Source: Lama glama (lineage: Eukaryota). Taken from it: a DNA stretch of 64,000 bases. Where the stretch lies: contig CM052837.1 in the NCBI GenBank assembly GCA_028534125.1, forward strand, positions 806,001 to 870,000, read 5' to 3'. The translations under genes were made by a program, and so were the position numbers. Below, in pieces: positions 26,691 through 39,670 of the stretch (positions within the stretch are counted from its first letter, which is position 1; each line of letters opens with the position of its first letter). The notes below the pieces were generated by a model, which saw nothing but the letters and a program-made list of their open reading frames with translations, had not been told where the DNA came from and ran no database searches.

Positions 26691-26840
26691 ACACAAGGAG
26701 CGACATTCAATGCCCTGCAGTGACCTGCGGTGAACAAGAACACGGACAGGAGCATATGCATGTGCGTGCATGACTGAGACACGACGCTGCGCCCCAGAAT
26801 TGACACAACGCCGTAAACTGACTGGATTTCAATTTAAAAA
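26691..26840 (+). mobile_element. Artiodactyl (camelid-type) L1 3' end, heavily GC-shifted
   Basis: 'gaattgacacaacgccgtaaactgactggatttcaatttaaaaa' aligns to 36281-36324. Confidence 0.85.
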
Positions 26841-29839
26841 GCCCCGTTCCTAAGCCTGAACGTCCGTGGCCAGCGCCAAAGGCACAGCGCAGCCCTTCAG
26901 CGGGACGGTCTGCAGTTACTCGGTTAAAGCGACACCGCCCTCTCTAAGCTGCTCTGTCTGATGCGGGGCTCACTGGTCCTCACACTGGAAGGAGGTAAAC
27001 GTCCCCTCAACAACCGTTTTCCCTTTCAGATATTTCAGAAGCACAAGCTGCGAACATTCCTGATTTCTCAGCCACTGCAAACATCGAAGACTACTTGTCT
27101 GTGGGTAACTGGAAGCATTTATGTTTAGTCATGAATGGTTTTCACGGAAATGACAGGACACTCCAGCCCAAGGAGGGATCATGGAATTGGCTCCATGCCT
27201 TCCGGGAGTCGCACATATTCACCTTTTTCTCATCAATAGTCGGCTTCTTTGACCCTGCTTGGACCCACTGACCCACGACTTGTCCCGATCAACAAGGGCT
27301 CCTAAGTCAGGCCCCCCCGGCTTCTTACTCCCTGGCTGAAGCCCCCCGTCTCCTCCTCGTCCCCTCAGCCCACGTTCCAAAGTGGAAGCATGTTGTACGT
27401 GTTTCCTGTCAGCTCAGGAGGTGTGGAGAGTGTGGCCCGCCAGGAGCCCCGGGCTGGGGCCCACCCCTGCTGGCCAGGCGTGCCTGCCTTCAAGGGCTGC
27501 TGTGGGGTTAGGGGTGACACCCCCGAGCGGCCCCTAGAGCACAGTGTTATCTTCCGTCCACAGTAACGGGTCTTGCACGGCCGTCCCCAGAAGGGTATCC
27601 TGGGACAAGGATGGGAGAGCGGGTGGCCTGTCACGGGGAGGGCCCAGGAAGCCGGGTGGCGACTGCGGAAGCCACACAGGACCCAGGGATGCAGGGTGGC
27701 CCAGGTGCACCGATGAGCTGGCACGGCTGTGGGCTTCGGGGGCGCGGTCCCGATGGGGACGTGGGGGAGGAGGGAGCACGTGACTCAGAGACGCCCCCTC
27801 TGACCTCGAGGAAGCTGGGTCTCTTTGTCCAAGGCCTGTCTGCCGCTGGCTGGGAGCTGGTCCCAGGGCACTGGCTCCTCGGCGCTTCCAACCTGACCCA
27901 CGTGTGGTCGGTGGTCTGCACACCTGAACGAGCCCTCGGGCGAGTCGCAGGTACCTGCAACCGGTAGCAGCGAGCACACCTGGGGAGGTGAGGGCCCTGG
28001 AAGCATCTGGAAGGCACGTCAGCACGCAGCCCGCAGGGCGTGTGCCTCGGAGGGTCTGGCCCAGCAGGGCGGGTCAAAGGCTGGCCTTTCTCACGCACTG
28101 CCAGGTGGTTTTCAGCCGGGCAGGTAAAGGCGGGGAGTCTGCACGCCACACTGGCGGGTGACACCTTCAGAGTCTGTGTTCGGGGGTCGGATGAAGGAGG
28201 AGTGAGGTGAGGGCGCCGAGGGCAGTGGGTGGAGGCCGCGTCTCCCTTCTCCCCGTCTCGGAGAACGCAGTTTCTCAGCCCACGGTCAGCCGCCCGCCGT
28301 CGTCTCCATTTGCAGGGGAGAAAACCGTTGCGCTCTTGGAGATCGTGGTGGATGCAGTGGGTCTCATCTGCTCCTGCAGACGCCTGGGGCAGGGGCGATG
28401 CTCCCGCGGGTGACACCCTCCTCTGGGTGTGCCCAGCTTTGGCTAAAATCTCTCAGATGTTGTGAGTGGAGAAGGCTTTGTAATTATCTGCCATCACTGC
28501 TTTCTTCACGGTGAGAGGGCACGAACGTCTCAAGGCGTGTCTCCATGGGAGAGGAGTTCTCGGCGTCCCCCCTCACCTCCCCGACTCAAGCGAGCCTGAG
28601 GCAGGCCCCGCGGCATCTCCAAGTGCCCGTCCTCGGGACTCGGGGAACAGTGGGCCCCACGCTCAGTGGTGCCTGGACACCCACTGCGGGCGCCTGGTCT
28701 GAGCCCGGGCCTCGCTCGCTCCCCTCGGCTGTGCCGCTGCTGAGCGGCACCCGGCCCGGGAGCGGGGGGCCCAGCACGGGCCCCGGCAAGACGGCTTCCG
28801 AGCTGCTTCAGCCTCGTGGGTGGGAGGCCGGGCCTGGGGGCAGCTGAGGTTCAGCAATCTCCCTCGTCCAGCTGTCACTGTCACCGGGGGTCACCCCCGC
28901 TGGGCCTCACGACAGTCGGCCCCCTCTGCCCGAGGGACGTACTGTGCTGATCGCATCCCGGGGCCTCTTCTCGGCTCTTGTTGGCACGGCAGCTGGGCAA
29001 AGAGTAACGCCATTGTAACGGTGACTAAAAGTAGCTCTGACTTCAATGAGGGAAGTAGGTCCAAGCTCTGGCACTTCTGTGTTAGTCACAGTGGCTTCTG
29101 ACACGTGGCCCATCTGACTGGGAAGCGCAGGTGTGGAGCCGGCCCAGGCCCCGCACCAGGGGCAGGCCGTGCCCGCGCCGGGGTCAGCGCCTCTCAGCCG
29201 CGTGACTTCCAGGCACCCTGGAGACCCAGGCCCACGGCAGGTGAAGGGCGCACGGAGGCCGGATGGCGTGTACTCCATCTCGTCGCGAGCACGGCGAGCA
29301 GCCGAGGTCCTCGGCACTGTGGGCGCCCAGGAGCAGGAGGCTGGCGGGCGGAACCACAGCCCTCTCCCGTTTCCCACGGGCGCCCGTCCATCCGACCTCA
29401 GCACCTCGGCTCGTCTTTGGAGTTTCTTCCCTTTCCTGCCCTGAACACACCGGCCACGTCCTGCCGTCAGTCTTTTATGAATCCTGTCCCATCCAGTCTC
29501 GTCCGGTCCCTGCCCTCACCCACTCTGTGTCTCCACTTCAGCCATCACCCAGCCCCGCTCCTGGCGGCCCCCTCCCCGGGCCCACCTGCTCCGCCCTCTG
29601 CTTCCAGACTGGACCCCCACACATCCCTGCTCACTCTTCTTTTGTACAGAGGCTGTCCTGCGTCCTGAGGTGGACGGCTCACAGGCCACCCTAATGGGTG
29701 TGTCGATGTTGTGACAGCAGCCCCGGAGGTGCCCGCTCGTGCCCTCCTCACTCCCACGGGCTGGCGGTTTCCACCGTGAGCCCCGATGACTCAGCCTGAG
29801 GCCGTCTCTCCACCCACAAGAGCAAATCAAGTAACAACA

Positions 29840-30130
29840 TTCATGGAGTGAATGGAAATCAGTGATGGAGGGCAAGCGGGACCGGCCAGAGGGCTGGGAG
29901 GAAAACCGGCAGAGCCGAACGCCGCAAAGGAGGAGGGAAGAAGCAATTGTGTGAGTGAAGGCGGGTCCCCCGAGACGACGCTGGACCAACACTGAAGCCT
30001 CGGCGTCGGTTCTCACAGCCAGTAGGTCTCGCGTGACGTGGGGTGAAGGTTCCACTGGGCGGTGGGGACACGGGCGGGTTGCCAAGTGGCTGAGAAGTGA
30101 GTGTAAAGGGAGCAAGGCAGGTGCAGAGAT
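29840..30130 (-). mobile_element. L2 LINE remnant
   Basis: 'ggccagagggctgggaggaaaaccggcagag' and 'gtggctgagaagtgagtg' resemble antisense L2. Confidence 0.45.
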
Positions 30131-32099
30131 GTCTCTCTGGACGTCTGACTGTGAAGACCCAGAGAGACGGGGTAACGGAGGGGGACGCTGGCTCTGAAGA
30201 GTCATTGGTCAAAGGCCATCTTCAGGGGGTAGGTTGAGTCTCTGGTGCTGGCGGCTAGTCATGCAGGCCCAGGGAGTGTGTTCCAAAGCCAGAACAAGCG
30301 CAGTGTAGACGGCCTTCGCGTGTAGCCGTGAGCACGGGGCTGTGTGAGCAGGACCCCAGCAGCGCCTGCTGCGGGGGGTGGGGACGTGTTGGGGAAGAGC
30401 CTGTGTTCAGGTGAGCTTGCACTGAAAAGCAGACACACACAAAGTGGATTTTACAGTATTTCCTTTAGGGAAGGGCAGTGAATATTCTGTAACTCACAAC
30501 GGGGGTGTGAGGAGCAGATGTTTCCCACCAGCTGTTGCCAAGACAACTCCGGCTTTTGCTGTGGATGCTCTTTGGGAACGGCTCCATCCAGCCAAGGCCA
30601 CCCAAGCAGCATCGCCGGACAATCCAGAGTGAGAAGACCGCCTCCGTCCACGCCGCCGCCGCCGCCCAGCCTCCCGGTCCCCCAGGTGTCTGCTCAGAGG
30701 ACGGCAGCAGCCGGGGATGACACGGAGCCCCTTGGTCAAGGCCCACCTGTGCCGGCCCGTGGCCCCAGGACCTGGAGAGAGCTACCTGCACCTGAGGGGC
30801 CCCGCTTTCTCTGAAGGCGCTGCCTTGAAGACAAAGGCAACACAGACACGGAGCCCAGAACATGAGAGAAAAACCTGCTCTTTCCGCTCAGGAACTACAG
30901 CAACTGTCAGGGGTGCAGGGCCCTGAGGGCAGCGGCAGCAGGGCCCCTGCGCCCAGGGCGCTGGCCGAGCAGGGAGGGTTCCCCGTCGGCTGCGGGTCTG
31001 CGCTGTTGGGCAGAGCCCACCTGGCCGCCCCACTTAGGCAGGCAGCTGCTGGCCCCTCCAAACGCCCAGGTAGGGGCCACGGGGTGCGGGGGGAGGGGTG
31101 ATGAGAAAACTGGGGGAAATGGTGGTTTTGACCTTGAGAAGTCAAGTCAAATTAAATTTAAACTTTTCAGAGGGGGAAAACCTGTAAATGGCAGACGACT
31201 CCATAAGGAAGTATTCAGCTCTGGGCTGTTTAGAGATGCATTCTTCATCCAGGACCTCGTAATAAAGCTTGAAAAAAAAGCACAACAGCATTTCTTGGCC
31301 TAAACCAGTAAAACGAGTCCAGCTGTGATAGTGTCTTTCCAGTCGGAGCGATCACGATCCACGACTTTCTCTAAGGACTTAATTAACATCAACGCGAGAG
31401 CCTCTAATTTCCCCCGGTATTTATCATCTGGAAATAAAACCTGCTTACTTACTGTGGATGCCAAAGAACAGATTAAACTGATAAAGGAAAGTCTAAGATT
31501 AGCAAGCGCAATTCATTCTTCGGATGGAGATATTTTACCATTTCACCAAGTTGCTCTCTCGGGAGGGAAGCTGTCTGTTGATACTTTGCTACGGAGACCG
31601 AGCTGGGGAAGGGGAGCCTGCTCCCCGCCGTGAACCAGGGCGTCTCTCCCAGCTCCTCGTCCACTGCTGAGGGAGGAAGATAAGAAAGGGTCTTCCCTCA
31701 CACGCGCTAAGTTAAAGAAAGCTTTAAGTGCGCTCCATTCAAAAGCACACATACTGAAAACGGGATGAGTGAGTTCGTTTTAGCGTTTGTGCTGTGTCTG
31801 TCCTGGAAAGATACAGAGATCAGCGCGGCCCCTGCACAGCGATGCCGCACAAATCCGCAAAGTGTTCCCTGTCTTTTAAAAAGTTTGAAGTAATTGCTAT
31901 AGTAACGGGACCCACGCACGTGCAAACAATAAAACAATACCACAGGCAGCGAAACTGGGGAGGCCGACTCGGTAGCCAGCGCCTGCGCTTCTTCACCTGA
32001 GACGCACGCGCGCTCATCACGCACGCGCGCGCCGTCTGAGCGGTGACGGCACCGGCTAGGCCGGCTCAGTGTGCTGTGCGCCCTCACGGTGCCAGAAGG

Positions 32100-32590
32100 C
32101 AAAGACATGTTTACCACAAATACCAAAAGAAGAGAGAGAGGGAGAGAGAGAGAAGGGCAAAGAAAGGGAAGGCCGTCTCTAGAGCAGAGGAGGGAAGCAA
32201 TGAGCACACTGAAAACAAATAAAAATCTCAGAAGCAGAGCTAGTAACCTGTCAGACATAGAATGTCCAGTCCGACCAGTACACTTGGACAAAAGCACACT
32301 AATACATGTAGGCAGAACCAACTTCCCTGCTGGGAGAAACACGTGTAGAATGAAACACAGGTAAAAGGGACTAGGAAGATCAGATTGGGCAAAGACTGAG
32401 CAGGCAATCGCTAACCAAGAGAAAGCTAGAAGTCACAGCGATAAGACTGGGCAAGAATAACGTTGAAGCAAGAAGTGATAAACTACCGCAAAAGGGATAA
32501 TGAACATCAGTGCATGGTGTCAGGCACAGTGATAACACAACCGCACTTTGTGCGCCAAGTAACAAAGGAAACAAACCATAAAGCATCACT
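32100..32590 (+). mobile_element. Old L1 inter-ORF/ORF2 endonuclease remnant with GA-rich tract
   Basis: A-rich, with 'caggcaatcgctaaccaagagaaagctagaagt' similar to the L1 EN region. Confidence 0.4.
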
Positions 32591-32654
32591 CCAGGGGCTT
32601 CTGGAATGACTCAACAAACCCAGAAGTACGATCATATCATGATGGATCAAGTTA

Positions 32655-32775
32655 GCCTCGGAATGCCCCGGTGAGTTTGCTCAAACACGAGTCCTCGGGC
32701 TCCACCCCGGACCTTCTGCTCAGTCGGTCTGGCTGGGCTCTTGTAGCCCGTGCAGATGGAAGCCTGGGAAACAGC
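32655..32775. mobile_element. MER5A (hAT-Charlie) remnant
   Basis: 'gaatgccccggtgagtttgctcaaacacgagtcctcgggctccaccccggaccttctgctcag' follows MER5A. Confidence 0.5.
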
Positions 32776-34649
32776 AATGGTGTGGCCGAAAGGCGTGGAA
32801 ACACAGGGGTGAGAAGGGCTCAGCAAAGGACGGGCAGCAGAAATCTCCGGGAAGGAGCAAGGTGTTGGCTCCAACCAACCCAGGATCTTGAAGTGAGCCC
32901 GAGGGAATCGCGGCAGAGCCCTGAGTCGACGGCAGCCCCAGCGTGACAGCCGTGAGCAGAGGGGCTCAGAGAAGAGACACAATTCCCTGAAGTCTGCAAA
33001 TGGGGACCGAGCGGGAAGGTTACCGCCCCCCAAGTCTCTGTTTCCAAAACACAGGCACCTTTCGTTACCCCCGGGAGAGGAGTGTTCCTCCTCCTCTCTG
33101 GGTCTGTCTGTCCTGGTCTGACTTCTCCTCGGCTTCGGAGGTGTTGAAATTTTCCTCAAAACCCGCCTTCTACTTCTGTCCCCACTTAAAAATATTCTCT
33201 GTGTTCAGCAATGTTCCAAGTCCTTTACACACACTCCTTTACTGGGTGGTGCTGGGAGGCACGTCTCCTGTTACCCCCACGCTGGGGGTCGGGGATCAGA
33301 GGTCGGCGAGGTCACCTACGGGGCACCGGGCGTGCAGAGGGGCCCGAATCCCCTCCCCCCTGGCCCAACGCCGGAGCCACGCAGCACTCCTGCCCGGTCC
33401 CTTCCCTCTCCTTCCTTCTTGTCTGCAAACTCCCCTTCTTTTCCCATTTGCCTTTCTCTCCCAGGGAGGAAGGATAGGGAGCTGTTTGTGTTTCTTTCTC
33501 TTTTTTTTTTCTTTTTCTCCTGGTTCTTTCCTAGGAAGGAGTCAAGTTTACACAAGTCTCAGTCAAAGCAGCCTCCTGTGGTCACATCTCACCCTCTGCT
33601 GAACCCGCTCCTTCCTCTTGACGTTTTGGTCTGGACGGAAAGTGAGGGCTGTCACCAGAGAACAGCCTGCTGCCAGTAGCCCCGATGTCCCACAGGCTGG
33701 TCTATCCTCATGTGGCCTGTCATGTTCCTGGGGCCCAATTCTTAGTTTTGAAAGTCTCCAGAAATGGCAGCATCCTTGGCCAGAGGCAAGGCTCACTCGG
33801 CCTTCCCGATTCCGTAACTTAGAAGTCAATTGCCTCGCAGGTGTCTTTGAAATTCTCGTGTTGATTTGATGACTGCAGCTTCAGAGATGCCTTGCTCTCG
33901 TCCTTGTCTGGATCAGAATGCAACTGCCCGGGGCAGTGAATCAGACTGAGAAATCCGATCAGACCCTGATTTCAGCCCCCTTGGAGTTGGCCAGCCAGAT
34001 GATCTCCACGAGCCCTCCCTCGCTGGACTTCTCATTGTTCACCACTGCCCTCTGGGAATGTGATGCTGGATTCCACCCTGAAGTCCGGAAAACTCTAGAC
34101 TTTAAGGAGATGGTCATGTTCCAAAAATGGGATCACAAAACAAACAGGACTGGAGAGCCTGAGGGCACTCCCTTCATTTCCAGCTGTTTCCAACATGTTT
34201 TCACTTGAGCAAAACCCCAAACACATGTTGAAAATCTCATTTCCCTCTGAAAATGTTAAATCCACGGGTCAAACTAAGAGGAACCATCTCTGTGTGAATC
34301 TGATCCGTTCACACTTAACTGACAGAAAGCTGGGTGAAGAGCAGGTTGACGGTCAAGAGGCCCCTTTTGGTAGCCTAAGGACTTGTCCCCTCACTCCAGG
34401 TTGTCCCTGCAAAGAAGGGGAAAGAGAAAGGTCAACGCTAGACTCTGACTCAACACCTTTCCTCAGCAAGGCTCTTGCCCCTTTCTATTACCAATAAAGC
34501 AGAAGTAATGACCAGGAGACACTGTCCCGTCCATGAGCAGGATGGGTGTTAAGTCAAGAAAGGCCCCTTGCCCGTGCACCACACCTTACAGAAGGCTCTC
34601 GAACCTTCCTTGCCTTCCGTCCACCCACCATCCTGGGTGAGGGACACTC

Positions 34650-34995
34650 ATTCTTCTCCTCAGGTTATCTGAGCAGCCAAACAGGAGGCTTCACTGAGTC
34701 CACTTTTGCCTCCCTAACCTACCCCCTCCCCACTATCCTGTTTCTGAATGATGTTGTTAATCATAGCTCTTCTCTGTTCAGGAACCGCTTTCAGCTTCAC
34801 TCTCACCTGCAAGCCTCACGGACTCCGAGTTACTTTGCACTCCTGTGTGAACACCTCTGCCCGCCCTGCAGTGACAGACTGGCCACAGCCATCCTGGCCT
34901 TTTGTTCCTCTTCTGGATCTGTTCCTCCCTCACTGCTCTGTTTAAAATTCTACTCTTTAAAGGTCCATTTAAATCATGCCTCCTCTATCCAGGTT
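34650..34995 (+). mobile_element. L2 LINE 3' remnant
   Basis: C/T-rich, with 'cagccatcctggccttt' and 'ctactctttaaaggtccatttaaatcatgcctcctct'. Confidence 0.45.
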
Positions 34996-35006
34996 TAACT
35001 TATAGG

Positions 35007-35335
35007 TTTTTTTTTTAATGTGTAGTTTAAAAGTTTTTTTAGATTTATAGAAAAGATGCAAAAATAGTACAGAGAGTCCCTGAGCTATTTCCCCAGCCTC
35101 CTTGCTGCCGGCAGCCTTACACAGCCAGAGTGTAAGCGCCAAAGCCGAGAAACTCAGAACGGTTCAATACTATTAAACAAACAAGACCTCATTTGAATTT
35201 CACTAGTCTTTTCACAAGTGTGACTTTTTCCCCGTCCTGGAATCCAACCCAGGATCCCACTCTGTGATAAGTTCTCAGCAGCAGTTTTGCAGAAAGTCCC
35301 ACAGTTTGGGTTTGTCTGAGGTTTTGTGAGGCCAT
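35007..35335 (-). mobile_element. L1MC-type 3' end
   Basis: 'tttagatttatagaaaagatgcaaaaatagtacagagagtccc' and 'ggaatccaacccaggatcccac'. Confidence 0.65.
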
Positions 35336-35559
35336 CCGTGACTCCCACCCCAACTGATATAAGTATTTCTCTTCTGGGCTCCTATGACACTGCCACTCCC
35401 CACAGACGTCTGACCACTTGTCTGTCACAGTACCACTGAGGAGAGACACTGCATGTCACACACTGGGTTTCCATAATACTTATCAACTTGATGTTCAGTA
35501 TGTCAGTCAGATCCCTGAATGAATCCATGAATCGATGAACGATGAGCAAAAAAAAAAGT

Positions 35560-36340
35560 ATCATCAAAACCCTCAGCAAGCAAATGAGAGATGCTGGAGA
35601 GGGAGTGGGGAAAAGCGACCCTCCTGCACTGCTGGTGGGGATGGAAATTGGTGCAGCCACTGTGGAGAACAGTATGAAGATTTCTTTAAAAACTTAGAAC
35701 AGACTTACCACATGATCCAGCAATCCTACTCCTAGGCATATATCCAGAGGGAACTCAAATTCAAAAAGANNNNNNNNNNNNNNNNNNNNNNNNNNNNNNN
35801 NNNNNNNNNNNNNNNNNNNNNNNNNNNNNNNNNNNNNNNNNNNNNNNNNNNNNNNNNNNNNNNNNNNNNNNNNNNNNNNNNNNNNNNNNNNNNNNNNNNN
35901 NNNNNNNNNNNNNNNNNNNNNNNNNNNNNNNNNNNNNNNNNNNNNNNNNNNNNNNNNNNNNNNNNNNNNNNNNNNNNNNNNNNNAAAATAAACATCATAT
36001 AATATCACTTATATGTGGAATCTTAAAAAAATAATACAAATGAACATATTTACCAAATAGAAACAGACTCACAGACATAGAAAACAAACTATGGTTATCA
36101 AAGGAGAAAGGGGGTGGGAAGGGATAAATTAGGAGTTTGGGATTTACAGACACACACTGCTATATATAAAATAGATAAACAAGGTCCTACTGTGTAGCAC
36201 AGTGCCTTGTAATAGCCTATATTGAAAAAGAATATGGAAATGAATATATATAGTGTAACTGAATCACTCTGCTGTGCACCACAAATTAAGACAACATTGT
36301 AAACTGGCTAGACTTCAATTAAAAACAAACCAAAAAAAAT
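35560..36340 (+). mobile_element. 5'-truncated artiodactyl (camelid-type) L1: ORF2 C-terminus, 3' UTR and A-tail, spanning a 215-N gap
   Basis: Translates as [41 protein letters not shown] (L1 ORF2 Cys-rich C-terminus with stops). Typical 3' UTR 'gaaacagactcacagacatagaaaacaaactatggtta'. Confidence 0.95.
35770..35984. other. Assembly gap, 215 N, inside L1
   Basis: N run. Confidence 0.99.
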
Positions 36341-37949
36341 TCTTAAGCATTTTTTAAAAACAAAAGCTTTTCAACAGAAAACTGAAAGCAAGCATTCAGA
36401 CATAGGAATTGTCCCCCCAGAAGACCAAGATGGTCCTTGATTTTCTTGGCTTCGTTCAGAAAAAAATGAAATACTGGGAGGGGAGGGTCCCGTGGGTGGA
36501 AATAAACAGGTCCCCACTGACTTGAGCAGTCCTGCTCTAAGACCCGGGGCACTCTGGTCAGAGGTGTTAGCGCTCTTACTTCCACCCTGAGCTCCTCCCG
36601 CCTGACCCCTCACAGCAAGGATGAGACCCCGGGTTCAGTTACATCAATGTTTCTCGGGAGAAGCAGCCTTGGAGCGGCTGCTGGCAGGTACCCACTGGCT
36701 GTGCACGTGACACGCGGAAGGATGGCACCATCCAGACAGAAAGAGCAGGACGCCGAGTGCCCCGCCCTGACTCAGAGATGCCGATGCCGCGGTCAAGACC
36801 CTCTCTCGCCGCCGGCCATCATCCATCGCGCTGTGTTTTGCAGGCAGGAGTTACGCAGGGAAGTGGTGAGCAGAGACAGGGCGCTCAGGGACCTGTGTGA
36901 CAGGACGTGGCGTTCCCTTCAGCAATGGTTTTTTGGTGCCTCCTGCACCGATTCCGTGGACAGGGCAGTCACCAGGGCGGTGGGGACGAGATGTGTTTCT
37001 GGAATCTGTGTTTATTTAGGGAAACGTGGCTCGTCAAATTCCTGGAACACTTCGATCTTCAACTCGGTGGTCACTGTTCAGCCCCAAACCTCCGAAGCTT
37101 CCCACGGCGAGTCTGACGCGCTCCCCGCCTCCTCGCCCAGGGCCTCTGCCTCTGTCCCGGGTGATGTCAGCGCCAGACGCAGCGCCAAGGAGCCTCCAGG
37201 AGAGGCCGAGGGCGGAAGGAACTCCCGGGGGCTCAAAGTGACGACAGTTTTGCTTTACACATATTGATGTCAAAATCAAGCTGGAAGACTGACCGTGAAA
37301 GAACGTGCATATTTACAAACTAAGAAATGTCGACTTTGTCTGAACTCGGATGGAATCCGGGGCACGAAGAGGCTTTGCTCCCTGAAGTCATGAAACTTTC
37401 GAATGTTCTGTTCTTTCAAAACTGGTCTCCCAGTCATTAACAGGGAGCACACTCACTCTTCTAGCCTGAGCCCTGCAGGTAAGTGCCCAGCTACGCACAC
37501 CCAGAGGCTTCGTGCGGCGGGGCGTTCCGGACGCTAAGGCCCCCCCCACCCCCCCGGTGGAGGCCGCTGCCGGGACTGAACGACGGAAGCGTGAAAGCTT
37601 ACGTAACCGCAGTCTGAAAGTTACTATTTACAAAACGATAGCTCGAGCCTCCAAAGCATGCAGGTACTGGTTGCGTTTTCCCCCAGATTTATTTCCTGAA
37701 AAGGCGTGTTTCTTGTCCATAAGTGTGTGCAATACGGACCACATGCACGTGGAGGAGGGCGTGCCCTGTTGAACACGCGTGGGCTCGTGAGGACCCGGCC
37801 CCGCCCTGGCTGTGCTGGGACCATCCCCTCACCTCCCTGGTGACCACGGCTGTGCTTTCTGCCAGGATCACGCCCTCTCTGGTTTCTGAGACAGGGATGG
37901 GCGCAAAAATGTTGACCTGGCCTCTCTTTCCTGAAAGAAACTCTGGTAG

Positions 37950-38950
37950 GAGAACAACTCTTTTGGTTTCCACACGTGCCTGCGTCCGACATAGCATCTT
38001 GGCCTTTGGGTTCGGGTGTGAAATTGCCTTCTGGTTTCCTTTTTTTAAAATTAGCTTCTTGGAGTTTCACTCCCAACTCATTTGTGTTCTGTTGAAATGT
38101 GTTGTTCTGGGGCAGTTTATTATCTAAAGGAGGACCTATTCCTTAAAATTTAGGCAAAACTTTTGTGTAAAACCACCTGGGCACGAGGCCTTTTGAAAAG
38201 TTAGACTTGACAGACTTTTTGGTTTCTGTTATGGTGGTTGGCCTGCTCACTGTTTAACCTCTTCTTAGCAAATTTTGTTAATTTATGGAAAAATCATCCT
38301 GCGCATCTAGATTTTAAAATGTTTTAGATGAAATGTGTGCGGATCTGCTCTCAAAGGAACAGCCTGATCCCCGTCCGCACGTCCCTCTGCTCCGTCTGCA
38401 CGTCTCCCGCCGCGGCGCTGCAGGGCGGGGCCCTCCGCGTGTCTCCAGGATCCCCTCGCAGGCCTCCTCCTGGAAGCAGCCCTTGGTTCTGCTCATCAGT
38501 CCTACAGGTTGCTTATCTGGGCATTTTTGGTTTGATTTTAAGCTAGTCACTGACCGTTTTGGCGTTTATGAAGCCTTTCCTCTGACTTCCTTTGGTTGCA
38601 CGTTCTCTGCTTCTTGAGTAACTCTCGGTGAATGCACGTCCAAACATTTTCACTTGTTAATTAAAACATTTATATGTGAGTCTATGGGTTTCCTTTCCCT
38701 TTAATTTTGGACCAAGGCAGAGGGTTCTCCTGTCTTTAACCCCTAAAACCCCCGTAACTGTAGCCGGCGTTTTCCAGTTCGACATAAGGGCTACTTCTGA
38801 GTTGTTACTACTTTTCATTTCAGTTGTCAGACTGATACCAGCGAACGGGGGTGGCGGCGGCGTTACTTCCCGTTTCTAGTTGTGTGGGGGTTCCGTCTCT
38901 GACTTCCCTCTTGCCTGTCTGTGTTCGTCTTCTTTTCCATGAGAGGTTGG
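37950..38950 (-). mobile_element. Old L1M ORF2 fragments
   Basis: T-rich, with 'tgtaaaaccacctgggcacgaggcctttt' and 'catctagattttaaaatgttt' typical of antisense old L1. Confidence 0.45.
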
Positions 38951-39477
38951 TATTGAACAGAGTTCCGTGCTGAACGGGAGAAACTTGCTGTTCATCTACG
39001 TCTGTTTACTGGTGGTGTTTCTCTGCTCTTCTGCTCCGCTGGCTGGTCTCCAGCAACCGAAAGGAGGCAGACGTGGGTGTGATTTCCATGCGAGAGACAC
39101 ACGTGTGCCTGTGATGCAGACAGAGACGACTTGCGGGGAGGCGCTGGCTCCCCGGAGACCGGGAAGCCCGTGACCTGCAGGTGAGGGGCGCCGGAGGCTT
39201 CACTCCAGCCTGAGTCCCTCGGAGGGAGTTCGTCTGAGTCCGACAGCACGTCACGGCTCTGCTGGTACTTCTCGAGGTCACGGCCGCAGGTGCTCGCTGA
39301 CACGCACGCACGCGCAGGCACAGAAACGCTCACAAGCACTCAGCTTCCTTGGCAGGCTTCACCTCCAGCTTCCGGCGATGAGATCTCAGTACTGGTGTTG
39401 CTTCTTTCTTGTTCTGGTGTATTCTCTGTCCATCCTTTTCTTTCCTTTATTAAATTCCTAATCTTTTTCTTTGAAGG

Positions 39478-39670
39478 TTAGCTCAGTGGTGACGAGCGTG
39501 GCCCCTGAGTCCAGTCGCTCCGTTCCCTGGTTCCGCCCCCGCCGGTTCCTGTCCGACTGTCTCTCTGTCCCCTGCTGAGATATATAGCACATGTTAAAGG
39601 CTCTGAAAATGCCTGGCATGCAGTAAGAACCCCACACATGTCTACTTGGTTATTACTGTCACTTTATTGT
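39478..39670 (+). mobile_element. MIR SINE remnant with internal deletion
   Basis: tRNA-derived head 'tagctcagtggtgacgagcgtgg' and MIR tail 'aatgcctggcatgcagtaag...ttattact'. Confidence 0.6.

Noticed and set aside
27030-27104. Exon-like segment (ccctttcag|ATATTT...TGG|gtaact)
   Set aside because: Plausible sites, but unrecognised peptides and no partner exons; unsupported without expression data
39478-39540. tRNA-like start (tagctcagtggt)
   Set aside because: No B-box/T-arm or cloverleaf, and it is followed by a MIR tail, so it is a MIR head
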